A stretch of DNA of 64,000 bases, taken from the NCBI GenBank assembly GCA_963693365.1, contig CAVNZM010000010.1, positions 8,309,794 to 8,373,793 on the forward strand, given 5' to 3'. This DNA comes from Amoebidium appalachense. Its lineage: Eukaryota > Protista > Ichthyosporea. The position numbers and the translations under genes were made by a program. The notes beneath the pieces are model-generated. The model did not search any database. It saw only the letters and a list, made by a program, of their open reading frames with translations, and was not told the DNA's origin. This document shows, in pieces, positions 48,766 through 60,794 of this stretch (position 1 is the stretch's first letter; each line of letters begins with the position of its first letter).

Positions 48766-49290
48766 AGCCCAACCACATCGGCTGAGTCAACTTGCTCCGA
48801 GCAGAAATATTCTGCAAAAAGCAAAATCATTCTGCTAAAAGCGGAATTATTCTGCAAAAGCAGCCTGAATCAATCTGTCAAAAGCAGAATTACTCTACAA
48901 GAGCAGAACCAATCTGTTAATTTAAAAGCAAAATCACTCTACAAACGGCAGAATCAATCTGATAAGAGCAGAATCAATCTGCTAAAAGCAGACTTAATCT
49001 GCTAAAAGCAGAATTATTCTGCTGTCGAAAGCAGAATTTTTTGTGGTATAATCCTGCTAAAAGCACCTCTAAAAGCAGAATGATTCTGCTAAAAGCAGAG
49101 TGATTCTGCTTTTTGTTTTGTGGAATCCTTCTGCTAAAAGCAGAATAATTCTGCTAAAAGCAGAATGATTTTGCTTTTGCAGAAAAATCTGCCTTTTGCA
49201 GAATAATTCTGCCTTTTGCAGAATAACTCCGCTTTTTGCAGGATAATTCTGCTTCAAGTTGCAAGTTGACTCTGCCGATGTGGTTGGGCT
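48766..49290. mobile_element. Foldback-like / MITE element with 30-bp TIRs and internal ~20-bp subrepeats
   Basis: agcccaaccacatcggctgagtcaacttgc (48766-48795) versus gcaagttgactctgccgatgtggttgggct (49261-49290), 1 mismatch; interior is variants of gcagaataattctgctaaaa with orientation switching near the right end. Confidence 0.8.
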
Positions 49291-49556
49291 TCATCGATAT
49301 CAGAATTCAACCCAAAATAGTGCTCACCGTACCTGTACATGTGCACCACGACCGTGCCTAGTTGCTAACAGCGTTGCCTATAACAGTCGTACAATACAGA
49401 TTTCGACCGTATGTAATACATTGGTGGTGCACGTGCACGTGACCCCACCATAAACACATTCAACCCCAAGATGATATTATCCGTGATCCCCATCAGATTG
49501 TGACTGGGACACTCCAACTTTATTATGGGCCCAACAATTCAGAATCCGGCTATGGC

Positions 49557-49694
49557 GTGTTGTGTGTGCGTGTGTGCGTGTGTGTGTGCCACGGTGTGTG
49601 TGTGTTTGTGCGCGCGCGCCAGCGTGTGTGTGTGTGTGTATATGTGTGTGTGCACGTGTGTTTGTTTGTGTGTGTGTGTGTGTGTGTGTGTTTG

Positions 49695-49727
<33 letters not shown>

Positions 49728-49747
49728 TGCGTGTGTGTTTGTGCACG

Positions 49748-49788
<41 letters not shown>

Positions 49789-49794
49789 TGTGTA

Positions 49795-49882
<88 letters not shown>

Positions 49883-49884
49883 AC

Positions 49885-49917
<33 letters not shown>

Positions 49918-49992
49918 TGTGTGTGTCTGTGTGTGTGTGTGCGTGTGCGTGTGCGTGTGCGTGTGCGTGTGCGTGTGCGTGTGCGTGCGTGC

Positions 49993-50090
<98 letters not shown>

Positions 50091-50095
50091 GTGCG
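49557..50095. repeat. Long degenerate (GT)n tract
   Basis: Directly visible. Confidence 0.93.
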
Positions 50096-50834
50096 TGACG
50101 TGCCCGAGGGAAGGCTACCAAGTGGGTATTTGGGTACGGTATAGCCGCCCAGTGTGTAGATACACGGTAGGGAGCCCAACACGGCGGGCGGCGGCGATGA
50201 CGGCTAACGCAATAAGAAATGAGCTTGGCACATTTCTATATATGGTGCGTTTACGCAATTTATAATTGGTGATTTAAAATTCATGCAGCAACCACGCAGT
50301 GTGACATGTCAAGAACTGAGAGGCAGCCGCTCTCAGCTTGAGACTCTGTGACAAGTGCACAGACACGCTTAGTACCCACACCAGGATAGCTGGCAGGGCA
50401 ATTCTTATTTTTGTGGTTAACGGAGGCCAGTGTTTGACGCAAGTCTAGTTTTCTTTGTTTTTTTTTTGCTTGTGGTATTAGTGGTTGTGTAGGGCACGCT
50501 AAGTTACTTCGCGACCGGAGCACACAACTAAACACGCCGCTCTCATTCCTCCTACCGTTGTCCCGGGAAACAGCCCAGGCTGTTGCAGGATTGCACGCAC
50601 GCAGCAACGGAGACATGTAAGATCGTTTACCCAGCACTGTTTGGGAGCTTATTTTTCTATTCAGGTGGCCACCACCCATCCTTCTCATCGACATCACTAC
50701 TCACACCACGTGCACGTAGGTTGCCTGCCAGACCGGACAAGGCAGGTTGGTCTGCTTGTCCTCCCCTTGCAGCACACACCTTTAACATTAATGCCAGCTA
50801 AGGACACATACTACTAGAGAGAGTTAAAGGGACT

Positions 50835-52466
50835 ATGGTGGATCTGTTGGGCCGCGCGGCACCAGAAAAAGGCGCGCCCAGCAGTGTGCGTCGACCGGCA
50901 ATGCAGATGCGGGCCTGCAACATCGGCACGTTTAGAACACGCGTGTTCTTTGTGCTTGCCCTTTGTGTACTTGCCTTTCTCTATGCATCCAGGCGTGGCG
51001 AATATGACCCCCACACTATGCCCCTGGAGGGGGAGGAAGACGGCACCACCGACACCCACCCACCACACGTATTACTATATCGAGCAATAGGCAGTGATGT
51101 ATATCCCCCCCACGACAAGGGGTATCATGTGCGCACAGTACGCAGCATACTCCATGAAGAGAAACTGCAGCCCGGTTTTGTGCGCAGGTGGCTGTTGTGG
51201 CACATTGCAGATCCCAACGTCGAGCAGGAAGTCATTGACCTTCTAAAGCAACATGGTGAGAAGTATACACGGGCACCCTTTAACCTATCCCAGTACGCAC
51301 TGCGGTGCCCGGTTGAGGAGGCGATGGTTAAGGTCGATGACTTGAACCGGCTACCGGACACGACACAAATAGATAAAGCACAGCTGCTCGACTATTATAG
51401 AGAAAAGGCCGGCTACGTGTTTACGGCTGTGAACGATGCAGAGATGTATAATCTTATGGTCGAGGATGGTTTTGCAAACAGTCACACGTCGTATGTTATC
51501 CCGGCACCCCTGCAGGCTACATACACACCCGGGGCAATAGCTGGTCTCAAAGAGGTGGTGGTCGGGGATGCCCCTTCACATTTGGTTGTTGCGGTGATGA
51601 ACTTTGCGGCCCGAGCAAAGACCTCGGTGGATGTGGTGGTGGGGTTCAAGAGGGACACCCAGATACGGTTTGACGAGTCTGTGAGGCAGGTGGGTGGCTG
51701 GATGCTGGGAGCTGGGGCAGTGGCCCAACGTAAATGCTTTGCATATTAACAGATTGCTTTTACGTTTTCCAACCCCCCCCTGCCCCCCCCTCTCCCCCCC
51801 CCTCCCCCTCCCTTAGGGATCAACTACCAAAGAGTTTCAGTACTTTGCGTAATGCCTGGCCCCCCTTCCTCCCTTCGTCCCACATCCGCCCCTGTCTTCG
51901 TGCTGCCTTTACCCCTTCGATATCCATCCTTCTCCCATCCCCCCCTCCCCCCCTCTCCCCCCCCCCCCCCCCCCCTCCCCCCCAAAACCACCACCACCAC
52001 CACCACCACCACCATCACCACCACTCCATATCCGGAATATATTCTATACATACATCAATTCTGTTTCTCACAGTCTTGCGCCTCTTCAATCATGTGCCCC
52101 CCCTCCCCCCCATATATTTTTCTTGCTTCTGCTTACTGCTGCAACTTTAACCCCCGGCCTTTCCCACTGCCCTTGCCTGCATAAGCAACCCTGCTCGTCT
52201 CTGATCAAGACGGGTGACCTACTCATGTTCAAGTGACACAGTATCTGAGTTGAGTTTCGGAAACGAGGGGAATAGGTCGAAACTCGGGTACTGTGGATGA
52301 CGTGGGCCCCCCCTGAGGATGGGCTCTGCTTATTATGCATACTCTTTATGTATGGCTTGCATTCTGCATCGTGTTATCCGTTTGTTCTTGTGTACTTCGT
52401 ACTTTTTGACGCATTCAAACCCCCCCCCCCCCCCCCCCCCCCCAAACACACACACACATCCCCCCC

Positions 52467-52505
<39 letters not shown>

Positions 52506-52972
52506 AGCAAAGCTTTCTCCCCTCGTTCTTTGCTCCATCCTCCCCCCGGGCACGCAATGAGGACGGGCAATGCTACATCCTTTCTGTATTTCTTTTTGCA
52601 TATATGCAATTCGATGTCCGGTAGGAATCTGTTTGTCCTCCTGTATCGCTCGTTCCATATCCCCCTTTTTCCCTCTTGGTGCCCTCCGCCACCTTCTGTC
52701 ATTTTTCCATGCCTATCCTTCCTCTTCCTCCCTTTGTTGTTCGAGTTCCGCTTCACCCCCCCCCCCCCCCCCCCCCCCCCGCCACCCCGGACGTGAAGTG
52801 AAACAGTGTCTGACTTGGGTTTCACATTGGATGTGGATGGCCAATACTCATGCGCCGTGGATGACTTGCCCAAGACCCCCCTCCCCCTCCCCCCCCTCCC
52901 CCCCTCCCCCCCCCCCCCCCCCCCCCCCACCTTCTCTCTCTCTCTCTCTCCCTCTCTCTCCCTCTCCCCTCC

Positions 52973-53065
<93 letters not shown>

Positions 53066-53070
53066 TTCCT

Positions 53071-53105
<35 letters not shown>

Positions 53106-53166
53106 GCGCCTGTTGTTTTGCTTGTCATTTGTTGTTCTGGTTGATTACCTGTAATCTTCGCTTATT

Positions 53167-53201
<35 letters not shown>

Positions 53202-55300
53202 TGTGCGGGGTTGCACATACCGGTGTCTACTTTTCTTCTTACTGTTTTTCTCTCCACACACTTCATCTGTCCACTTCTGCATACCCCCTTTCATAGCTAT
53301 AGACACACTTCACACATTGCGTTACGCGCACGCATGCACACACCGCTCTGTTGGCGACAGCTCCCTTGGAACCCATGCGGCATGTTACCCGCCGGCGTAA
53401 CATAACTCGGACTATCGGTTTGGCTTTTTTCAAGCCCAAAGCAATGGGTGATACCATATTTCCGGCTGACATCCGGGGGCATAGCTTTCCGTTCGAAGAC
53501 GATAAAGTTCCGCCCTAGTAAGCGTGTTACTACCCTGCGGCGTGGGTCAAATCTCATATTTTCCCCTCTGATTACGAATTCTGTGGCCTTCGGGACTTAA
53601 TTCTTTTCAGCTGGTGTAGTATGTTAGCCAGGGAAGTATCGACTTAGGTATCGACGGGGGAGCTTCCTAGAAGCCCCGTCTCCTGAGTTCCTATCTATAT
53701 TTTTCTTGCTTCTGCTTACTGCTGCAACTTTAACCCCCGGCCTTTCCCACTGCCCTTGCCTGCATAAGCAACCCTGCTCGTCTCTGATCAAGACGGGTGA
53801 CCTACTCATGTTCAAGTGAAACAGTATCTGAGTTGGGTTTCGTTAACGAGGGGAATAGGTCGAAACTCGGGTACTGTGGATGACGTGGGCCCCCCCTGAG
53901 GATGGGCTCTGCTTATTATGCATACTCTTTATGTATGGCTTGCATTCTGCATCGTGTTATCCGTTTGTTCTTGTGTACTTCGTACTTTTTGACGCATTCA
54001 AAACCCCCCCCCCCCCCCCCCCCAGCTCCCCTCTCCGCTCCCCCGTGCCCTTCCCACCCTCGCCCCTCCCCTTACTAACACTGCCCGATCTTTTCAGCTT
54101 CGGGCCAGCACGGACCACCTCCTCTCCCGTCTTGGCTTTGACGGTGCACAGGGCAAAATGCCATCCCCCAGTGTGGTGGGGGTTTTAAGGGGGGCTCAGG
54201 CATTGGCATGGTCTGGGGGGATGCCTGCTAAGACCGAAGATATGCTCAAGGGGGCCATGAGTACTGTGAGCTCATTGGACCAGAGGACAATGAGAGAGTT
54301 GGTGGGGTACAAGGCCCAGAGGTTGCTGTGGTATGACGAGGTGGGTGGGTGGGAGGGAGGGGGAGGGTGTGTGTGTGGGGGGAGGGGAAGGGGGGAGGGG
54401 GGTGGGGTTGGGTGGGTGGGTGGGTGGGTGGGTGGGTGGGTGGGTGGATGGGTGGGTGGGGGTATGTGTGTGTGTGTGTATGTGTTTGTGGGGGGGGGGG
54501 GGGGAGGGGGATTGGTGTGGGGGGAGTGGGGGGGAAAGGGGGTGGCAGGGTGGGTGGTTGGGTGGGTGGGTGCGTGGGTGGGTGCGTGGGTGCGTGGGTG
54601 GGTGGGTGGGTGGGTGCGTGGACAGGTGGGTGCGTGGATGAGTGGGGCTACATGTGTGTGTGTGTGTGGTGGTGGTGGTGGTTTTTTTTATTTTAAGGGG
54701 GGGAAGGAGGGAATGAGGATGGGTGAGTGGGTGGGTGCATGCCTTGGTGTGGGTTGGGGTGGGTGGGGATGGATGAGTAGAGGTGGGTGGGTGGTTGCTT
54801 GGGCTGGTGTGGATGGGTGGATGAGGGTGGGTGAGGGTGGGGGATGGTGTGGGTTTTTGGGTATGGGTTAGTGGGTTTTGGTGTGGCTGGGTGAATGTGT
54901 GTGTGTGTGTGTTAAACGGAGAGTGTGGGCGTGGGTGTGGGCGTGGGTGCTCGCGTGTGTGCGGGCATGTGCAATGTGTGTATCCGTATGGCAGGGAAGA
55001 GAAGAAATGGAAGGTCGAAGAATAGGGTGGGGACGAAAGGGGAGCGTGTTTTGTGTGGTGGTGGTGATTTTTGGGGAGGAGGGGAGGGGGAGGGGCGGGG
55101 GGTAGGGGCAGAGGGGGGGATATTAGATTTAATAAGTTCTTACATCATTCTCACGATCAACCACCAACGGGCAATAACGATGCATCCACACCACACACAC
55201 ACACAACACACACACAACACACACACGCACACGCACACGCACGCACACACGCACACGCAACACGCACACGCGCACGCACACACACATGCACACGCTCACA

Positions 55301-55361
<61 letters not shown>

Positions 55362-56088
55362 ACACACACACACACACACACGCACACACACACACGTACA
55401 CACACACACACACACACACAGGCTGCCCTAGCACGTGAGAAGAACCTCTACCGCACCAAAACCGGCCCCGACTCACTCCAAACCCTCGTCAGTGAACTTC
55501 TATCCATGGCCGACACGGGCTTGAATGTTGGGCCGTTTTCAGTCGTTCACAAGCTGGAAACCCCCCCATCAGGGGACAAACACGACTATTACACCCCCGC
55601 CCCATATTACTGGCCCGACCCAAAGGGGGCTCACCTTCCATATATAGTCGATGACGGCAACCGTGTGCCTGGTACAGGGCTGTATGATGAGGAGAGTGAA
55701 AAGTTCGATCGAAGCAGATTGGCATCATTTATGGGCAACACTACGGCCCTAGCCCTGGCATGGTACTTCTCAGAGGATAGCAGGTGGGTGGGGGGGTGGG
55801 CATAGAAGGTGTGTGTGCAGGGGCGGTCATGGGGGGGGAGGGGAGGAGGTGATGGGGCACCTGCATGTGATTTTTTTTGGGGGGGGGGGGAGGGGGGGAG
55901 GAGGGAGGGGAGGAGTGCTACAATAATGGTTGTGGTTGGGTGGTTGGGTGGGTTGTGGTGGCGGTGGGGGGGGGGGGGGGGAGGGAGGGGGAGGGGGGGG
56001 GGGTAGGTTAGAGAGAAGAGGGAATCAAACTGAATGCAGCTCGGGTTGTTGGGACGAGGTACGGGGGGAGGGGGGGGGAGAGGAGGAG

Positions 56089-56120
<32 letters not shown>

Positions 56121-57501
56121 ATGGGGGGGGGGTAATAATAATGGACTTACAAGTCGAATGTTGTGGGGTGTGGGGTCGTTGATTTCACATCGGATGGAGG
56201 ATCGACGGCAATGGCTGGGTAGTGACCGTGGTGATGGCAGTGGTGGTGTGTGTGTGTGTATGGTTTTTTTTGTTTTTTTGTTTTTTTTTGGGGGGGGGGG
56301 GGGGGGGGGGGAGGGGGGGGGGGGGGGGAGGGGGGGGGGAGGGGGGAGGGGGGGAGAATGATGGGAGAGTGGTGGTGGTGGTGGTGGCGGGGAAGGCATG
56401 TAAGATGTGGATATGCAGATGCTGTTTTGCTCTAAGCACTCACGTCCCATCAATATCATTGTCGTGATAGCGTGTGTTTGTGGTGGGGCAGGGGTTGGGG
56501 GGGGGGGGAAGGGAGGGGAAGGGGGGCGGCTTTTTGGCTGCCGGGCAACGGATATTACAGCTATTTATAAGAACATTTACTGTATTTACTTCGATTACAC
56601 TATTCGATCATTCACTGGTTTGCATAAGGATGCTGCATGCAAGGCCTGCACAAGAACCCCGTGTGCGCGAATATGAGCCAAGTGCCCACCGGAGCGTTTG
56701 CATGGCTCCAAATTCGAGTGCCAGATACCGGTGTTGTGAATACAATGGGCATATTCTTGGTGTTTGTGAATACAGTGAGCATATTCTTGGTGTTTGTTAA
56801 TGCAATGATGTTGCAAAGGGCTTTTCTAATGTTTTATTGGTCGTGTCATATTCCACAGATATGCAGAAAGGGGGGCACTATTCGTCAAGACATGGTTCCT
56901 CGACCCAGCCACCTGCATGAACCCTAACATGAAATTCGCGCAACTTCGCCGCAACCACCGGAAAGATATCGAGAGTGGGGGGTTCCAAAGCGGTGTGATC
57001 GAAACGAAAGATTTCTATTTCTTTCTTGATGCTGTTCGGCTCCTACACCAGTCGGGGGTACTTTCTGAGAGGGATTTTGCTGGTGTGCAGAAGTGGGTGG
57101 GTGAGTTTTTGCGTTATGTGCTAGAGGAGAGGCAGGGAAAGAACGAGAGGAAGTCGGCAAACAACCACGGCACATATTACGACCTGCAGGTACACACGTC
57201 AAACCCCCCCCCCCCCCCCCCCCCCCCCTCAACCGCTCCCCCCTCCCCCCCCCCCATCTCCCTTCCCTTCCGTTTTATAGGGCAAAAAAATACAAGAAGG
57301 AATCGAAGAAAAAAAAGAGGAAGAAAGAAAGTGTAGGCTGTTTGGTCGTCCCCCCCCCCCCCCCCCCCACCCCCCCCCCACCCCCCCCCCCCAAAAAAAA
57401 AAATAAAAAAAAAAATAAAAGAAAGAAAGAAAAAAGACTGGAAAAAAAAAAGAAAAAAAAAAAGAAGAAGGAAAGAAAGAAAGAAGGAGAAAGAAAAAGA
57501 T

Positions 57502-57532
<31 letters not shown>

Positions 57533-58694
57533 AGGCTCTTTACTGCTGATGTGTTTGCAAGATTACTCCTCGTATGGCTCTTGTTTTGCATATTGCGCTG
57601 TGTTGCCCTTTGTGGTTTTGTGCTTTGTACAGTCTAGCACAATTTAAACCTCTCTCGTCCAATCTCTCACACACTTTTCCCCGCTCCCCCCCCCCCCCCC
57701 CCCCCCCCCTCTCCCTACCTCCCCTCCCTGCGCCGCCGGCTGAATCCTCCCCTGGTCATCCACCCGCAAGACTTCTCTTCCCCCCCCCCCCCCCCCCCCC
57801 CATTCACCCCCTCGACCCCCTCCCCCTGTTCACCCCCTCGACCCCCCCCCCCCCCCCCCCCCCCTCCTGCCTCCCCTCATGCCCTCCCCTCCCACCCACC
57901 CACCAACCCACCCACCCATCCCCAGGTTGCAGCACTAGCAGCCTTCATGGACGATCCCGTTCTCTTCCGCAGTACGGTGGAGCGCAGCAGAGGGCGCATG
58001 CTGGCGCAGTTTGCCTCTGACGGGTCACTGCCCGATGAGATGCGAAGACCCACCCAGTTGCACTACATGTTGTTTTCACTGCAGGGCTGGTACACACTGG
58101 CTAGGGTGGCCCAGAGAGCGGGTGTGGGTCTGTGGGATTATAAGCCACGTGCGGACTCGGACCCCCACCCAACACTCAGAAGGTACGCTGATGGAACCCC
58201 CTGGGTTGGTATTTTTTTGGGTTTGTGGTGTTCACGTCGTTCACACTATGCACATATCGAGGCCCACACAGCCTGACAGGCATGTCTATGTGATGATTTA
58301 ATAGCATCCAGCCACCCGTGCACATGCGATCCATATTGTGTTGCGAATCCTTCGTTAGAAACACCGTCGCGCTGAGCCTAAATCAGTCAAATTTATTGCA
58401 TCCAATCACACACCACACATTATGACCATATAAGGCTAACGTTGCATATACCCCCACAGGTCTGCCGTGTTTACCGTGCCCTACTTCAACAGCACATGGA
58501 CACACCACCAGACCCAAGAGGAAGATATGGAGCGCATGCTGCCCCTCTACCACATGGCCCGATATGCCTACCCGGACCTTAAAGTCGTGAACCGACCCGA
58601 AAAGGAAATCTACGCCACAAAACCGAGGTTTAACGAGCACGACGGTATTTGCCTTTTTTGGAATATTGGGTTGCTGCCAAACGGCGCGGATTGA
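50835..58694 (+). CDS. Alginate-lyase-domain (PL38-like glucuronan/alginate lyase) protein with an N-terminal membrane anchor, 6 exons, 760 aa
   Basis: Exons 50835-51689, 54098-54340, 55422-55783, 56859-57189, 57926-58182, 58460-58694 (2283 nt, phases consistent; TACTAAC branch point at 54073-54079). Motifs [71 protein letters not shown]; hydrophobic segment [17 protein letters not shown]. Confidence 0.88.
52113..52419 (+). repeat. Dispersed structured element, full copy 1 in lyase intron 1
   Basis: ~307 bp, nearly identical to 53696-54003 (about 4 substitutions by eye); followed by poly-C. Confidence 0.95.
53696..54003 (+). repeat. Dispersed structured element, full copy 2 in lyase intron 1
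   Basis: Direct repeat of 52113-52419; followed by poly-C; preceded by hairpin gacgggg..ccccgtc (53653-53680). Confidence 0.95.
56734..56806. repeat. 30-bp tandem repeat, ~2.4 copies
   Basis: ttgtgaatacartgrgcatattcttggtgt unit. Confidence 0.8.
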
Positions 58695-59305
58695 TGTTCT
58701 GACTCATACCAGCCGTTTTGTTTACATATGTATAGGCATGTATTATATGACACTATATTGTGTCTTTTTGGTAACGTGTGTGGTCAGTAAATATGTATTG
58801 TATCTAGGGGGTGTATGTAGGATCAATATGACCCTTACGGTCATGGGTGCACTTCATGTTGCTACATGTCGGTTTTCTTTTCAGATACAAAATGGGGTAG
58901 ATTAATTTGACAATTCACACGTGTAACGGTAGGCCATACAGAAAAATCCCACCAAACAGTGTTTTTTTTGCATGCGAATGCAGTTGTTTGTTACATAGGA
59001 CAGGCGCATAGAGCTTAGCAAAAGTGTGATTTCTTGCAAACCAGAGCTGTGTTACTGAAGATATATATATATTCTGCGGTATATAGTTCTCCATCAATTT
59101 TACTGTTTTAAAATTTCAGTGGTGCGCAAGGGTGAGGCACGGGTGACTTACATTCTGAATCACACGATCAATATAGGGAACATAACCATGGCCAGACGTC
59201 CATGGCCTTACATGTGTGTATATGCCCAGCCGGTGTCCAGCGCCGTGCATGAAGGGCCGGGATCCAGCCATGTAGTTTTATGGACCGCCTGCCTGATCAC
59301 CTTCC

Positions 59306-59350
<45 letters not shown>

Positions 59351-59498
59351 CTCTCCTTCCCGGCCTAGGACCGTTAATGACGTGGCCCCTACCTGAGCCT
59401 CGAGCTCGCGGACGCGCATATGGGCTTTCAGTTCTGATGCATTTTCTTCGTGTCACAGGCTGTGTGTTCCTTATCAGCCGCAATTCCCCTCTCCCTTC

Positions 59499-59545
<47 letters not shown>

Positions 59546-59684
59546 ACCCCCCCCCCCACCCCCCCCCCCCCACCCCGGGCCCTCTCCCTCCCCCCTCCCC
59601 CCACACACACGTGCATCCACCCACACACGTACAGTACACAAAAACAAAAACAACCCTCCTTTTGTTGATGTGTGTTTGTTTGTC

Positions 59685-59730
<46 letters not shown>

Positions 59731-60794
59731 GGCATGGCCGTTGGGGGAGGGGGGGGGGGGGGGGAGGGGGAGGGAGGGGAGGAGGGGGGGGGGGGAGGGG
59801 GGGGGGGTCAGCTGCCATGTATGCTGCAGCATGACTGAACATCTACGGTGGCTGCGCTGTGGTGTTTCGCCGTAATCAACAGCCGTGACCCAGTGCATGG
59901 GCCTCATGAGCTGAGGATAAGCTCCATTAATTCACATACCTAGGCCGAGCTTTGCTGTTAGTGACGGTGGTTGTACATGCCCTTGCCCACCCATGACCAC
60001 TATTGATGTAGGACATGAGGCACTTGAAAACTTGAAGCAGCCAAACACCAACGGATGTTAGAAAGGAATCCGGCCCCAAGGACAACAAATTGAAAGATCT
60101 TGTGTCTTCGGAGATCTTGGCCTTGTGCAGCCCACCCAGACAGGCTTGCAATTACTACATTCCGAAGTTTCTTGTTTGGTAATCGCTGAATTATTTTCGA
60201 CTTCTGTTCTGAAGGGAGCCAGCCCTAACACAAAGCATCAATAGTCATCACTTACAAGATAAATTGCAAACCTTCTCAACCTTATCTATCGTATGTGACT
60301 TTACATACACCTCATACAATGCAGTCAAGCATCACCAGTATTCATTCTCTTGATAAAACCAAACCTTCTGACACAACTACATATACACTACCTTTTAATT
60401 TACGGCCTCTGCACCAGAACCGGTTTGTATTGCGTAACATGGAAGCAGCATACACAACACATTCGCGATCAGAAGTACCATAATCTATGACCTAATCCCA
60501 CTGACCTATGAATTCCGTCCGATCTGGCGCGTTTATCATCTATACAGCCACACTTTCTGCAACCAGGAATCAACACTTTGGGTACTCGTTTACATATTCC
60601 CGCCCCCCGGCCCTCAAAGAACACACACACACACACACACACACACTTACTATGTCCACCCCTCCATGCACACCCACCCACCTACCGCACCCCTCCAACA
60701 CAACCACTCAGAACCCTACACTTCCCAACTTGCCTGTCCCCCCCCCCACACACAGACATACATAAAACCACATACACACGAAATTTTGCTACAT

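Noticed and set aside
48796-49260. CRISPR-like array
   Set aside because: Units are contiguous without unique spacers, enclosed by TIRs, in a eukaryotic context with no cas genes
52195-52330. Canonical hammerhead ribozyme call for the repeat
   Set aside because: The upstream word is CUGAUCA (breaks the C3-G8 pair), the CUGAGGA lies 3' of GAAA inside a hairpin loop, and no stem I forms. Kept only as ribozyme-like.
52113-54003. LTR retrotransposon/TRIM interpretation of the two direct repeats
   Set aside because: No TG...CA ends, PBS, PPT or TSD seen, and the spacer is mostly ordinary intronic microsatellite
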